The position numbers and the translations under genes are program-made. Below the pieces are notes generated by a model, which had not been told where the DNA came from, searched no databases, and saw only the letters and a list, made by a program, of their open reading frames with translations. Shown here piece by piece: positions 46,301 to 57,198 of a stretch of 64,000 nucleotides of DNA (positions within the stretch are counted from its first letter, which is position 1; every line of letters starts with the position of its first letter). The stretch is from Macrostomum lignano (lineage: Eukaryota): NCBI GenBank assembly GCA_002269645.1, contig NIVC01002404.1:1-64000 (forward strand), given 5' to 3'.

Positions 46301-47702
46301 ATTCTGGAGGCCGGGGTTAGTGACTGCAGTTGAAAAGTACATCGCAGAATGCATCCCGTGTCTGGAAAGTAAAAGCGGAAATAAAGTACGAGCACCGGTG
46401 CAGACCTTTCCGATATGCGAGCCATTTCATCGGCTGCACATAGATTTGATCGGTCCAATATCAAAGGAAAGCAGAAGAGGACACCGATATGTACTTACTG
46501 TCGTAGATAGTACAACAAAGTTCCCATTCGCTTTTCCGGTTCGGAATCAGAAATCCGCGACTGTTATCAAAACGATACAAGAGAGAATTTTCAGCGAGTA
46601 TGGCCAGTGTCAATGGATACACACTGATAATGGCAAGACTTTTGTAAGTCACCAATTTCAGGCATTCTGTACCCTATACGGCATTAAGCATACTTGCACT
46701 ACGCCTTACCATGCTCAGAGTAACGGGCTTGTCGAAAGATTTAACAAGCAAATTAAATCGATTGTAACCTGTTTGATTGAAAAGGATCATTCAGATTGGG
46801 ATCTGCTCATACCCGCCGCTCTTGTAGCTGTGCGAACCAGTGTTAATCAAACTACTGGGTTCACACCACACTACTTACTATTCGGGAGAGAAGCAGATTT
46901 GCCAATAGATAGCATTGTGAAAAGGCCAAGACTATACCGAGACTATCCTAGCTATGTGCTGGATCATGCGAAGAGAATCGAGGAGACAAAAGCAATTGTG
47001 CGAAGACAACTCGAAAAGGTGCGAGAGAAAAGGCAAGAGGACGAAGTTGAGAATCGTCAGCCTAAAAATGTGCCAGTTGGCTGTCTCGCTCTCATCAACA
47101 ATCCTCAACTTCACCAAGAGGAGAGCCACAAATTTCATCGAAAGAAAAGAGCAGCCTATCGAGTTCTTGCGAAGATATCTGATACAGTTTTCCGTGTGCA
47201 AAGAGAAATCAATGGCGAAAGGAGCGGAGAAAAACTATTAGTACATAGAAATAATCTGACTCCAGTGCCGAAATCCGAAATTGATTTACCAGAGGAAATT
47301 AATAATAATTTAAAACCAGCACCAGTGCCAACTAAGAAGAAAGAACAGCCGAAGCCGAAGAAAAGAATTTGCCATAGACAAAAAGAAGTTAGAATTCCAG
47401 AAGTTCAAATTTTAGAGGAGGAAAGCTCAGACGAAGAAAACAGAATTCAATGGAGAGTATTCGCAGATCCGAATTCGCAGAGTGAAAACGAAGGAAATGA
47501 AGAATTGAACAGTGAGAATACAGAGAGAGCGACTGACTCAGATGAGCCATCAGAAGAAGAAGAAGGAGCATTAGAGTTAGAGGAGGAACGAGTTCAGCCA
47601 GAGAATAGGTATAACTTTAGGATGACTCAGCGAAGGAGAGAAAGAGAAGGCGCGACAGGATTTGTGCCCCGAAGGCGCTACGCGAAATATTTAGCACCTT
47701 AA
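43383..47702 (+). CDS. pol: Pol (copy 2)
   Basis: Identical to copy 1 except I>V (MVIDT versus MVVDT). Confidence 0.97.
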   Translation: MPLAPSHASASHSRPNNKVQSTVIPNEHSKREFEEDTERKGREAVVNGMLRNRKVYFLLDTGAGHNFLSKSTWKKMFRSDEIELTTRRVTTFDGSSVRIEGEVRTKIRFGEIEIETEFLLCNHECDDILGMEFFMNFCDSISLSRGMLVLKEGTCIPIQFTKLPVRVCRIYSHNSVTIPANSALRIPIRMTKGSEANYGTPMVVDTIGGQVTTKRNSLEMIPTLVTMNDGTGVVEIINRQNDDIRLTRSTLIGVAKPLKPGGLAYSINSKGQASSDDTIRTVKSEESEYSWINEIDLGEELTSEQKGLVIDLLKKNKEAFSQTNQDMGLTHLVTHEISLKDTTPVRIPTRRIPPHLQKQVDEQLDDMLAKNLIRPCYSTYSTPLVIVPKKDGSIRIVSDFRVLNSRVNYYPYPLPNIQETFAQLSGSKYFSSLDLNSGYWQVPIKEEHKFMTAFSTLTRGQFEYQVMAQGLSNAPGTFQRLMNLVLMGIQHKFAMSYIDDIVTYSEKFEDHLGHLQEVFQRLISAGLKLRPKKCNLFQKELKYLGHIVGREGIRTDPAKIEAIQSWPTPKEVKELRSFLGLCNYYCRFVKNYAEAAHPLFQLTKKGIQNFREKWTKKHDEAFQQLKQRMTSTEVLAYPEFSENENVRMVLDTDASEDRIGACLGQIQSDGVERPIAYFSRAMKESEKRYPITRKELLALVDGMKHFRFYLIGKRFLARTDHKAILWLLRQTEAQGILGRWIERLSEFQYDIEHRSGAKHSNADGLSRRPSEPPVEQKDAKIKENEAEIPKMTIETSAVKQVVTNSVKDQSCQTDFTEEYESDSEDEFADDEYEDASDQFEDNDDIYEDARDYFEEEETVCRKLLTDYLSVPLKKEQLTSAQHADPSIRTLMDWKQKKVREPKLPENASGELKKMVKFYEQMKIEDEMLTVSEDGKRKVVLPERIEKDVFKELHDSPLAGHLGRDKTLQRVRDRFWRPGLVTAVEKYIAECIPCLESKSGNKVRAPVQTFPICEPFHRLHIDLIGPISKESRRGHRYVLTVVDSTTKFPFAFPVRNQKSATVIKTIQERIFSEYGQCQWIHTDNGKTFVSHQFQAFCTLYGIKHTCTTPYHAQSNGLVERFNKQIKSIVTCLIEKDHSDWDLLIPAALVAVRTSVNQTTGFTPHYLLFGREADLPIDSIVKRPRLYRDYPSYVLDHAKRIEETKAIVRRQLEKVREKRQEDEVENRQPKNVPVGCLALINNPQLHQEESHKFHRKKRAAYRVLAKISDTVFRVQREINGERSGEKLLVHRNNLTPVPKSEIDLPEEINNNLKPAPVPTKKKEQPKPKKRICHRQKEVRIPEVQILEEESSDEENRIQWRVFADPNSQSENEGNEELNSENTERATDSDEPSEEEEGALELEEERVQPENRYNFRMTQRRREREGATGFVPRRRYAKYLAP

Positions 47703-48101
47703 ATCATGACGTAAGCAATTTCCCATAAGAAACAGTGTTAAATAGTTAAAATTCCGTATTAGAATTACTTATCTGCTTATAAAATTTAACATATTGTACA
47801 TAGAGCGAATCTGTAAATACCATATTAATCTACAAAATGCGATCTTTAATTTGATACTTTACTCAAGAAAATCTATCAAAAAATAAAAAAGTTATAAAAA
47901 GAAATAGAAAATCCATAAAAATTTAGTTGTCAAATCTGTCAAATCTGGCATGCCCCGCCCCACGCGCGAGGGGAGTGCTTCGAAGAGGTCCAGTTTTTCG
48001 GCCCGCCAGCCTATAAATACGAGCACCCGCAGGCCCCACAGATCCCATAGCTCACTGCTAGCTTCCTTTCTATTCTAAGAGCCATTCGCAGAGAAATCAA
48101 A

Positions 48102-48977
48102 ATGAACAACTCTATTGATATCTTGGACGAGTTAATTGGCAATCTGTCAGACGATATGGAGCCCCAGCCAGCGCCCAACACCGATGAAAATGAGGCACCG
48201 CTTCGATGTGCAACACGTCCAAAGGCGCCTGGTGTATCCAGCAAACGGCCAAGAACATCATCGCCAGCTTCATCGTCTTGCCGCCAAATGAGGGTCGAAG
48301 GCCCCGAGCAGAAGCGCGCCGCCCTGGTGGCAGCACAGGCAGCTGCGCCCGTGCGCTCCTATGTTGTCAAGGCCACGCCAGGATCGTCGACATCAAGCCG
48401 AACGCAGCAGTTGGTGTCACCGCCAGCTGCCCCATCATCGAGAAAGACCCCGGCACCACGGCAGAAGAAATCGACAGCTGCGACACCGCCAGCTCAGCAG
48501 CCAGCGTCGCAGCCGAGCCTGCAATCAGCGCAGCAGTCAGCGCTGCAGCCGAGCCTGCAATCAGCGCAGCAGTCTAGCCAGCCATCAGCACTACAGCCGA
48601 GCCAGCAGCAATCGAATTCGCAGAGAGATTTTCATCGCATCGTCCGAGAACTTGTGGAGACTCGCGGAGCAGAGGTGGAAAAGCTACGCTTCCACATTGA
48701 GCAATACGCACTGAAAGTAGCGTACCACCGATCCGACAGCCGACAGCGCTACCCCCAATGCTCGCAAATTTGGACACACCTGAAGTTTCTGAGGGATCAA
48801 TTCAGTTACCAGGAAGCTGTCGCTGTTCTCCAGGACGTCGCCTATCGCCTCCAGCGAGCTATAAGAGCCAACCCGCCGCCAGCGCTGACGGTCCTCGACG
48901 AAGAGTACCGATGGTTTTTCGCTCAAGTCGGCTGGCCCTACTATCGCGACCTCCCGGAGCCCTGCATGTTTATCTGA
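48102..48977 (+). CDS. ORF3 copy 2: intact 291-aa protein of unknown function, not env-like
   Basis: Acidic N-terminus, KRPR basic motif, S/P/Q/A low-complexity middle and a ~115-aa globular-looking C-terminus. No signal peptide or transmembrane helix visible. Confidence 0.75.
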   Translation: MNNSIDILDELIGNLSDDMEPQPAPNTDENEAPLRCATRPKAPGVSSKRPRTSSPASSSCRQMRVEGPEQKRAALVAAQAAAPVRSYVVKATPGSSTSSRTQQLVSPPAAPSSRKTPAPRQKKSTAATPPAQQPASQPSLQSAQQSALQPSLQSAQQSSQPSALQPSQQQSNSQRDFHRIVRELVETRGAEVEKLRFHIEQYALKVAYHRSDSRQRYPQCSQIWTHLKFLRDQFSYQEAVAVLQDVAYRLQRAIRANPPPALTVLDEEYRWFFAQVGWPYYRDLPEPCMFI

Positions 48978-49263
48978 ACTATTGAGGTGAACTAACTTTT
49001 GCGTTGCCTTTAATAATAATTTTGCCTTTTATAATACTTTTATAATAGTTCGTTTTGCTTCCATAATAGTTCTCACTTTAATGGTTTACCTACATAATAG
49101 TTCTATCACAACCATTTTATGCACCAATTGTTTTAGCACTGAATTGTGTTTTCTGCACCTTGCTTTGCACCTTTTCACCTGCATTTTCCTACGATATCAA
49201 TTTTTCACTGTATACATATAATATAGTATTTCGTTCAAAATTTGATATATAGAGGAGGAAAGT

Positions 49264-49995
49264 TGTACTAGTGCTATAGTATACTCGAATGTTCTTTCAA
49301 TGTAATAACTGTATATTCGAATCTTTCTTAGAAACTGAATCTACGCGAACGCCAAATAATAGTTTGTTTTAATGCGCGAAATAAATTGGAGAATTATTTT
49401 TTGTTTTAATCGTATGTGGGGAAAATCACTATATATAGGAGCGGTTTTGCGACAAATATACGCCAACTGTCTTTTACTCGTGAGCAAATAATTGCGAACA
49501 GAATAAGCAGTTCAATCTAAACCATTTCAAAGTCTTTGAGCTAAATAGCGACTTATTTATTTGCAAAACCTGTGAAACGATTCTAAGAAATTTGCTAAGA
49601 GAAGGGAATTGGGACTAATTCTTGGAGATATACCAAGAGAGGCGCCGTGACCCTCTAGTCTTGGTGAACGCCCGATTAGGACTATACACTAATACATATA
49701 CCAGTACTAGACCGCTCAGGCCATAAGCTACTAGAACGCTACCAGAAAGCAAGCCATAAGCTACTAAGAACGCTACTAAGAACGCTACCCAGAAATATTT
49801 AAATGAAATTCTAAGAAATAGTTAGGGAGTAAAAGCAAGTATAATCAGGATAACTGTAGTTGGCAAATCGGTGGGATTAAAATTGATAAAGTAAGAGGTG
49901 AAAGGCCTGTAACAACTTTGGTGGCAGCTCGTAGGATATTTAATAAACACTAATAGTTAGAAGTTTAGAAAGACAGAGCCAAAAGGCCTGTCACA
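49264..49995 (+). repeat. LTR3 (732 bp)
   Basis: Preceded by the PPT, followed by the TAAG TSD rather than a PBS. Confidence 0.95.
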
Positions 49996-52299
49996 TAAGT
50001 TATAGGCAATTCACTTGCTTACAAAATGAACTGTAGGTAAATTTTAATAGGCAATTCTTGGCAGGCAATGGACAATTTAGGCCTAGGCCCTACTCACAGG
50101 CAAAATCAAATGCACTGTGGGAAAATCTTGGTAGAAAAGTTCTATGTGCAAATCTTAATATACAAATCTTAGGAATCCTCTAGTTTTGCACATTTAATTA
50201 TTTAACAAAAAATAATGACGTCTTTGACTTGAGTTATTGCAAATAAATATTTAAACTCGCGCAAGTTAAAGACATGGCCCAATGAATATATTTTATGGGC
50301 ATTCTTTCGTTAGACTATCCGCGAGTTGTGCAATTTTCATACAGAAAGAGCAAAGTGCGACGATGTAGCGGCTTCTCAAAAAACGATTATATAACAGTAT
50401 TCGGTATATTGGGAAACGTCGGAACAACCGTTGCTAGGGAATATCTCGGCTTGTGTTGTGAGGCGTCTTTGTTGGTGTCTGAGGTGTCTTTTTAAAATAG
50501 ACTATAGAGACGTGCGTAAAAATGTCTAAAAATTCATTTTATCTTGAGTACTACTAACTAGACAATTTTTTTAAACATTTACTGAAGGGTTTCTGAATGT
50601 CTGTCTGAATGTCTGTCGCGAAACCAATACATCCGCATCCGCGAGAGCCCTACTACTAACGTGTTGACCTGGCGTTAGCATGCGTATGTTTAAATTAAAT
50701 TAATTAAATATAATATTTCTTTCAAATGTTGCGACAAACAAAATTACGCATACAAAAAGACATCTCACTATAACTCTTTGCATGACTCACAATATCTCAT
50801 TATAAAAATAGTTTTACAAGTTATGCAGCTATATTTTAATTTTTCTTTTAATCGTTTTGTCTGCCGGCAGACGAAAAGGCTGCAGACAAAATGACCGCGC
50901 ACCGTGTGGACGGCCATTGTGTTACGCTTGCTCTTGGTTCCCGACGTCTGAGCGGTATATAGGCCGCGCGACCAGTATATATACATGTAGTTTGTAAAGA
51001 ATTACTTAATTCTTAAAAAGAGTGCAAAAGCAGAAGCTCAAAATTGTTTCCTGATGGATTTTACTTATCATACCTCCTTGACAGAGAGATTACACGGTCG
51101 TAAATTTATTGAAAGGTTTAGAAATTTTCCAAATGTCGTATTGAGCAAATTAAATTACAAATTAAGGCGATCGCATGCTTTAAAGATACGCAAGTGCTCA
51201 AACTAGTGAATATCTGAACGTAGAAATTCGAGACCTTTATTTTATTTATTATTTTTTTTATTTATGAATGTAGGGATTCGCTCAGAGCAATACGCATTGT
51301 ACACAAGGATCACAACTGTATAGTAGTATGCAAATAGTAGTATACCAGTGTCCTTGAGTGTACACCCGAGAAGAGCTCGATCTACAAGACGTACTCATTT
51401 TTAATAGATTGTAGCAGTCAGTCTTGCACCACTTCGCATGCATGTGTTCCAGCTGACTCTGCTTTGAATGAGCCATAAAAAATAAGACCGACATATCATG
51501 ACAGACAGAAGTAAAAAAGTTAAGATTTAGTATATTGTGTGATGATAATTGATTCAGCTTGAGACACTACACATAAAACACGTAAAATGCGTAGACCACT
51601 TTGCCCGCGTCTATCCACGCAAATATATCGTAGTACTTATTCGATTACAAGCGTACGTACTACCCCAATCAACGAAAAAAATTCATCACAACTAAAGAAG
51701 CCTTGAGCAGTGCATGGAACCCTCGAAGCCTCCAAACTTATATACAGTCTTGTTTATCTTAAAACACAATCGCGCACACTAAATATATAATACATGTACA
51801 TGTCGCGCATGTAAATGTACATATGACCTCAATTGATGCTTCTACGGTATCTTACGTAAAATTCTAAAGTAAAGTAGAAAGCATTGCAGGACCAGACGTC
51901 TATAGCCACTCCGATTCTTCTCTCACCCCCTTATTTCTATACAATCAGCCAATTTGGGTTGCCATTAGTTACGAGATGGAGAAGAGCGCTTGACAGACAA
52001 TAAAATAATGGCTTCTGACTGCAGCGGAAAGGGGAGACAAGGAGAATACTTGAAAACTCTTGTGGGCTTGCTACATTAAGCACTCTCCATCGATCGGTTA
52101 CACGACAGAACAAATAAAGTAATTTCTCTGCAACCATTAGCGCGGATACAAGTAGAATACAACCGAAAGTGAATGAGCATGAGTCACTCATACTCAGCCA
52201 GGTCAGTAACTTTCTCTGTTGTGAATTTTCTCCCAACCATATACGGGCTTAGCTAGGCGCTCCAAGGAAATATCGCTCACTCTGACGTCCTTTTGCGTT

Positions 52300-52950
52300 T
52301 CACTGTGACGGGTCCTTTAGTGTCTCACCCTGGCGTCCTTTGGTGTCTCACCATGGCGTTCTTTGGTGTCTCACCCTGGCGTCCTTTGGTGTCACACTCT
52401 AGCGTCCTTTGTGTTTCACCCTGGCGTCCTTTGGTGTCTCATCCTGGCGTCCTTTGGTATCTCACCCTGGCGTTCTTTGGTGTTTCACCCTGGCGTCCTT
52501 TGGTGTCACACTCTAGCGTCCTTTGTGTTTCACCCTGGCGTCCTTTGGCGTCTCACCATGGCGTTCTTTGGTGTCTCACCCTGGCGTCCTTTGGTGTCAC
52601 ACTCTAGCGTCCTTTGTGTTTCACCCTGGCGTCCTTTGGTGTCTCACCATGGCGTTCTTTGGTGTCTCACCCTGGCGTCCTTTGGTGTCACACTCTAGCG
52701 TCCTTTGTGTTTCACCCTGGCGTCCTTTGGTGTCTCATCCTGGCGTCCTTTGGTATCTCACCCTGGCGTTCTTTGGTGTTTCACCCTGGCGTCCTTTGGT
52801 GTCACACTCTAGCGTCCTTTGTGTTTCACCCTGGCGTCCTTTGGTGTCTCATCCTGGCGTCCTTTGGTATCTCACCCTGGCGTTCTTTGGTGTTTCACCC
52901 TGGCGTCCTTTGGTGTCACACTCTAGCGTCCTTTCTGTTTCACCCTGGCG
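52300..52950. repeat. 22-23-bp minisatellite (CCCTGGCGTCCTTTGGTGTCTCA) with a ~114-bp higher-order unit
   Basis: Five-monomer periodicity, visible as a 38-aa period in the overlapping ORFs. Confidence 0.9.
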
Positions 52951-53032
52951 TCCTTTTGTTTTTCACCTGTTTCACTCCTTTGGCTTTGGTATCTGCCTTT
53001 TTCTTCTGAACGTGTTGTCAGTCTGCTCAGAA

Positions 53033-53500
53033 ATGAAACTGAGCAATCATGCAAACAAGAGTCAATCTAGCAAAACCAACGAATTTGAGCCGGCTGAACT
53101 GAACAAAGCAGCATTCTGCACTTTCATATTCCACGGCCGCAGGTTCGGCCACCTCAGTGTTACGTCAGCCACCGCCGGATGCGAGAATCCGAGCTACAGT
53201 CGGCAGAGCTGGCCAGCCAGGAGCCCACAGGAGGCGGCCGGTCCGCGTCTGAGAGCCGAGCAAACTGAGCACTCCAGTAGATATCAACGTCCAATTGTTA
53301 GCAACTCAATCAGCGAGTTTACCATCAATCCGAATCCGGACTTTAGCCGACTTGGACGGGTCAGCGGCGCGGACAGACTGTCCGAAAACGAGCTGACTGA
53401 GTACGGGACGCGCTATCAGTGGCCGGACAGTCGAAAGGCTGCCGCCGACTCCGTGGACCACGGCCGGCCGGGACGCCGTCTGACGTTTTTTAGAAGTTGA
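53033..53500 (+). CDS. Hypothetical 155-aa protein (MKLSNHANK...ELTEYGTRYQWPD...FFRS)
   Basis: GC-rich open frame after an acceptor-like TGCTCAG at 53030; possible upstream donor CAG|GTCAGT at 52201 across the repeat. No firm homology. Confidence 0.4.
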   Translation: MKLSNHANKSQSSKTNEFEPAELNKAAFCTFIFHGRRFGHLSVTSATAGCENPSYSRQSWPARSPQEAAGPRLRAEQTEHSSRYQRPIVSNSISEFTINPNPDFSRLGRVSGADRLSENELTEYGTRYQWPDSRKAAADSVDHGRPGRRLTFFRS

Positions 53501-54614
53501 AAACCCCTAGAAAAACTGGATGAGTGAAGAGACTTCATCATTTTTAGAACTGAGAACTTAAACTCTATACAGAATTTCCTTACCAAACAAAATCTCATCT
53601 TTTTTAGGTTCTTTGATAAGCCCAGATCTGCCTACATCGCTTTAAGAGCATTAAGTGAGCAAACAAAAGTCATTGGAATCCTTTCCGAATACCTAAAAGA
53701 CTACTTGGGCTGCTCAATGTATAAACCTTGAGTAACTACACGTACACACTTTGTGACACAAAATCTTTGTTTTACTGTTCTACAGACTGTTACATTTTAA
53801 TTTCAGTTTTTTTATTGCTTTTATAGCATAGCAGAAACACTATATATTGACGCTGTCTAGGAATTTCGGAGAGACACATAATTGTCTTTACAACGGACTT
53901 GCAGATGCTGAAAAGCGATGGGTGTGTGTCTGCGGAGTTTGACAGAGATGGGAGGAAGGCGAGAGATAGCTAGGGTAGTTGTGGATGGCTTTACAAGCTG
54001 AGCTATGCTGTCTACAGCACGAGCTTCGGCCCATTTAGTGATAGTTGCAATATACTGCATGAGCGCCCGCATAAGCGCAGGCTGGCGCAGAGAATAGACA
54101 GGGAGAGTTAAAGAGACATATTTGCAGATACGATGTCACCACTGGCTCTTTCAGCATTAAAAACAAATATCTTGAGTGCCCGCGAGAGGGAGAGAGGGAG
54201 AGAGTAGGCCAGAGCGCGGTCGGTTGCGACGGTGGCTCAGCCTCTGCCCCCACCCTGCCTCGCTTCAGTCCCAGTCCAGCCTGTCTCCATTGCAAGAATC
54301 GGGAGCTTATTCAAACTGTCTCTCCTCCCCACTCCGCCGGCCTGGTTGCTGGGGACAAAGAAAGTGCAGACTAGTCAACTGTGTACAATGACAGAGAAAT
54401 GCGAGAGGCAGGGGGACGCTGGTAGAGATGAGGCCAGCCCCTCCCCAGCGGCTCTGGGCAGAGGTTGGACGATGGAGTCGGGCCTAGCGACGGCATCTTT
54501 TTAAACAGAGCAGAACGCGCGTCAGGTGCAAGACGCTAAAAGCAGAAGCAAGGTCTTTTTAATCAGACAGTAGCCGCTGCAACCGTTCATTCGAGACCAT
54601 AAGCAGCCGCAGCG

Positions 54615-57198
54615 ATGCCTGGCAGCCATCGGAGCCGCTCTAAGTCCCCTGGCGGTCACAGCCACCGCAGCAAGAAGTCGCATTCCAAGTCGAAGTCAAA
54701 GTCAAGCAGCAGCAGCAGAAGCAGAAGCCACAGCCCGAAGAGTCACAAGAGCAGCCGGAGCAGCTCCCGGTCGGGCTTCGGCAGCAAGCGGCAGCCGATT
54801 GTGCTGGCCTATGCTCGGCCCGAAAAGCCGGTCGGCGGCGTCGGCAGGGGCCGCGGACGAGGCCGCGGTCGCGGTGGTGGCGGTGGCGGCTTCGCCGATA
54901 AGAAAACACCCGGGCCGCCGGGCCAGTTGAAGAAGTCGAAGAGCCACGGCAGTCGGAGCAGCAGCCACAGCAGCAGCCGAGACGGCAAGAAGAAGAAGAA
55001 GGGAGACGGCGATTCGGACAAGAAGTCAGAAAAGGACCAAAAGAAGAAGAAAGGCGAGAAAAAGGGTCGAAGTGGAGCCGCCGGCGGACAGAAGAAGGAC
55101 AAAAAGGACGATGAGAAGGATGAGAAGAAGAAGAAGGGCGGCTCGCGATCCCGATCCGGGTCCAAATCAAGCCGCAGCAGCAGCAGCAGCAGCTCCAGCT
55201 CCAGCTCTTCGTCCAGCGATGAAGAGAGTGAGTATATGCTAGCGCTCTAGCGTAAAGACCAAGCTTGGATCAGATTTCAAAATCTTTTCATTTTTCTTAG
55301 TCTGTAATAAAAACCGTTACATTTATTACCCACAGACACAATCTACAAGGCCGAGCTTAAAGAGCTTAAAGTTGACCTGAAGGAGCTGCACGAAAAGGCG
55401 AAACAGCAGCAGAGCAATAGACGCGGCGACAAGCATCAAAAGGACAAAGGAAAACAAGGCAAAGACGACAAGCATCGAAAAGATGACAAGCACCGGCAAG
55501 ATGGCAAGCATCGCAAAGGTGGCGGCGAACGCTCCGAAAGGAGTTCGCACCGCCCTAATGTATCTAACGACCTAGGACCGTATGCCAACACGCAGACAGT
55601 AGAGTTCCTGATGAAAAAGGTAATATTAAACTTCTTAAAACCTCTAAACGTCAACAACTAAAGTCACCCCTGCATTGGTTCTAAGAAGAAAAGCATCTGA
55701 CCCTTAAAAAATTTTCTAAGCTGCGACCCAGAGAAGCCCTTAAACCTAAACGCACTAGCCTTTGTCTCCCGCAGGACAAGAGCCGCAAGTACTACCCGGC
55801 AACAAAGTTCACAGCCACGTCGCTCATCGATCCGTGGGACGAAATGGCGGACAAAAAGCCAAGCAAGCGTGTTAAGAAGCCCAAGCAGTACGCTGTTGAT
55901 GATACTTGGCTGTGTGCTTTGTTTTTTTTCACGAAATTTTGTGCTTCATCAACTCTAAATCATTTTGTTCTTCATTTCTCGTCTGAAAATTTCAGCAAAC
56001 GCGACGGAAAATCGAAGGACAAGAAATCCTCCTCTTCTTCATCATCATCCTCTGACGAAGAGGACAAGAAGGAAGACAAGAAAGAAGAAAAGAAAGAAGA
56101 AAAAGAGGAACAGAAAGAGGAAAAGAAAGAAGACAAAGACGACAAGAAGGACAAGGACGAAAAGAAGGATGGCGGCGACGGCTCTCGAAGGACGCCCAGA
56201 CATATGCCAATCTTGGAGTTCGACACCACGACGGAGTACTGGCGCGGGCCCGTGCCCTTCACGGAGTTGCCAAAGATCAGGTGAGAGAGGCCCTGGCAAA
56301 AAATCGTTGCCCCGGGTAGAGAGGAGAATGGGATCGGCACAAAGGAATCAGCAGGAAGTCAGGGATGAGGGCGGGCCAGGCGGTACGCGACTGGGCATTG
56401 TTGCTGAGTCCGGAAGAGTCAAGCTATTCAAGGCGCCTTCAATGCTTACCTTTTACGAGTAACGCGTGAGCTTATTTTCGTAGGCCGAGAGCTAAGCAAA
56501 GGATGCGCTAGGGTCGCAGATTCATTCTCCGGCAATGGATTCTCTGTGTTTAGGACTAGTAATGTAGCTCATAATGTATCTATTTCAGTATTGAAGAAAT
56601 ATGAAACACTAAAAATCCTCCAACCGAACACTGAGAAGCTAGCTATTTTGCTTAAACAACTTCGTTTACTTCAACATTTAGAGCCCAGATCCGCGAAGAG
56701 TACATGGCCAACGGCTCGAAGAAGACCGAAGCCGACTACACCAGAACCAAGGAGGACTTCCACAACCTCGAGCTGGACCGCATGGAGGAGGTGAAAAAGT
56801 CGTCCAGACGCAATCTGACAAAGACCTACAACGCCTACTTGACCAACACGCCAGGCTCCAAGAAGGCCTTAGACGAGTGCCTGAAGGAGGTCAAGACCCG
56901 ATTGGGCGACGATTGGGAATCTTCCAGCGACGAGGAGGGCCGCAGAACCGTCCGCGAGCAGGCCAAGAAGAACATGGAGTCGGAGAAGCGCAAGCAGCGC
57001 AGCGGCCGTCGCTCCCGGTCCAATAGTCCGCACGGAGGCGGCAGGGGCCGGGGACGCGGCCACCAACGCGACGGTAGCGCGGACAGTCACGGCAGTCGCG
57101 GCGGCAGCGGCAGAGGTCGTGGTCGCGGTCGCCGATCGAGGTCTAACACGCCGCCAGGACACGGCGGCTCCAGGAAGGGCAGCCCAGCCCGAGCCTGA
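54615..57198 (+). CDS. Uncharacterised Ser/Arg/Lys/Gly-rich protein; exons 54615-55227, 55336-55619, 55775-55887, 55995-56280, 56682-57198
   Basis: Phase-consistent GT-AG junctions join one reading frame. RS/RG-rich and K/E/D-rich tracts flank a non-repetitive segment (EFDTTTEYWRGPVPFTELPKIRRAQIREEY...AYLTNTPGSKKALDECL). Confidence 0.75.

Larger units (their letters stand above)
33466..49995 (+). mobile_element. Tandem dimer of a Ty3/Gypsy LTR retrotransposon (LTR-gag-pol-ORF3-LTR-gag-pol-ORF3-LTR), unit ~7.9 kb
   Basis: Three ~732-bp TGT...ACA LTRs. TAAG target-site duplication at 33462-33465 and 49996-49999. PR-RT-RH-IN domain order; PBS and PPT present for both units. Confidence 0.97.

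Noticed and set aside
48102-48977. ORF3 as a retroviral-type env
   Set aside because: No signal peptide, furin site or transmembrane anchor visible, and it has its own promoter-like elements.
50768-50990. TATATA plus short ORF and GTCTGCCGGCAGAC hairpin as an snRNA/SL RNA or small gene
   Set aside because: No Sm site plus leader/donor arrangement and no recognisable RNA family; support too weak.
51937-52236. 99-aa hydrophobic minus-strand ORF
   Set aside because: No recognisable domain and no supported splice partners; length is compatible with chance.
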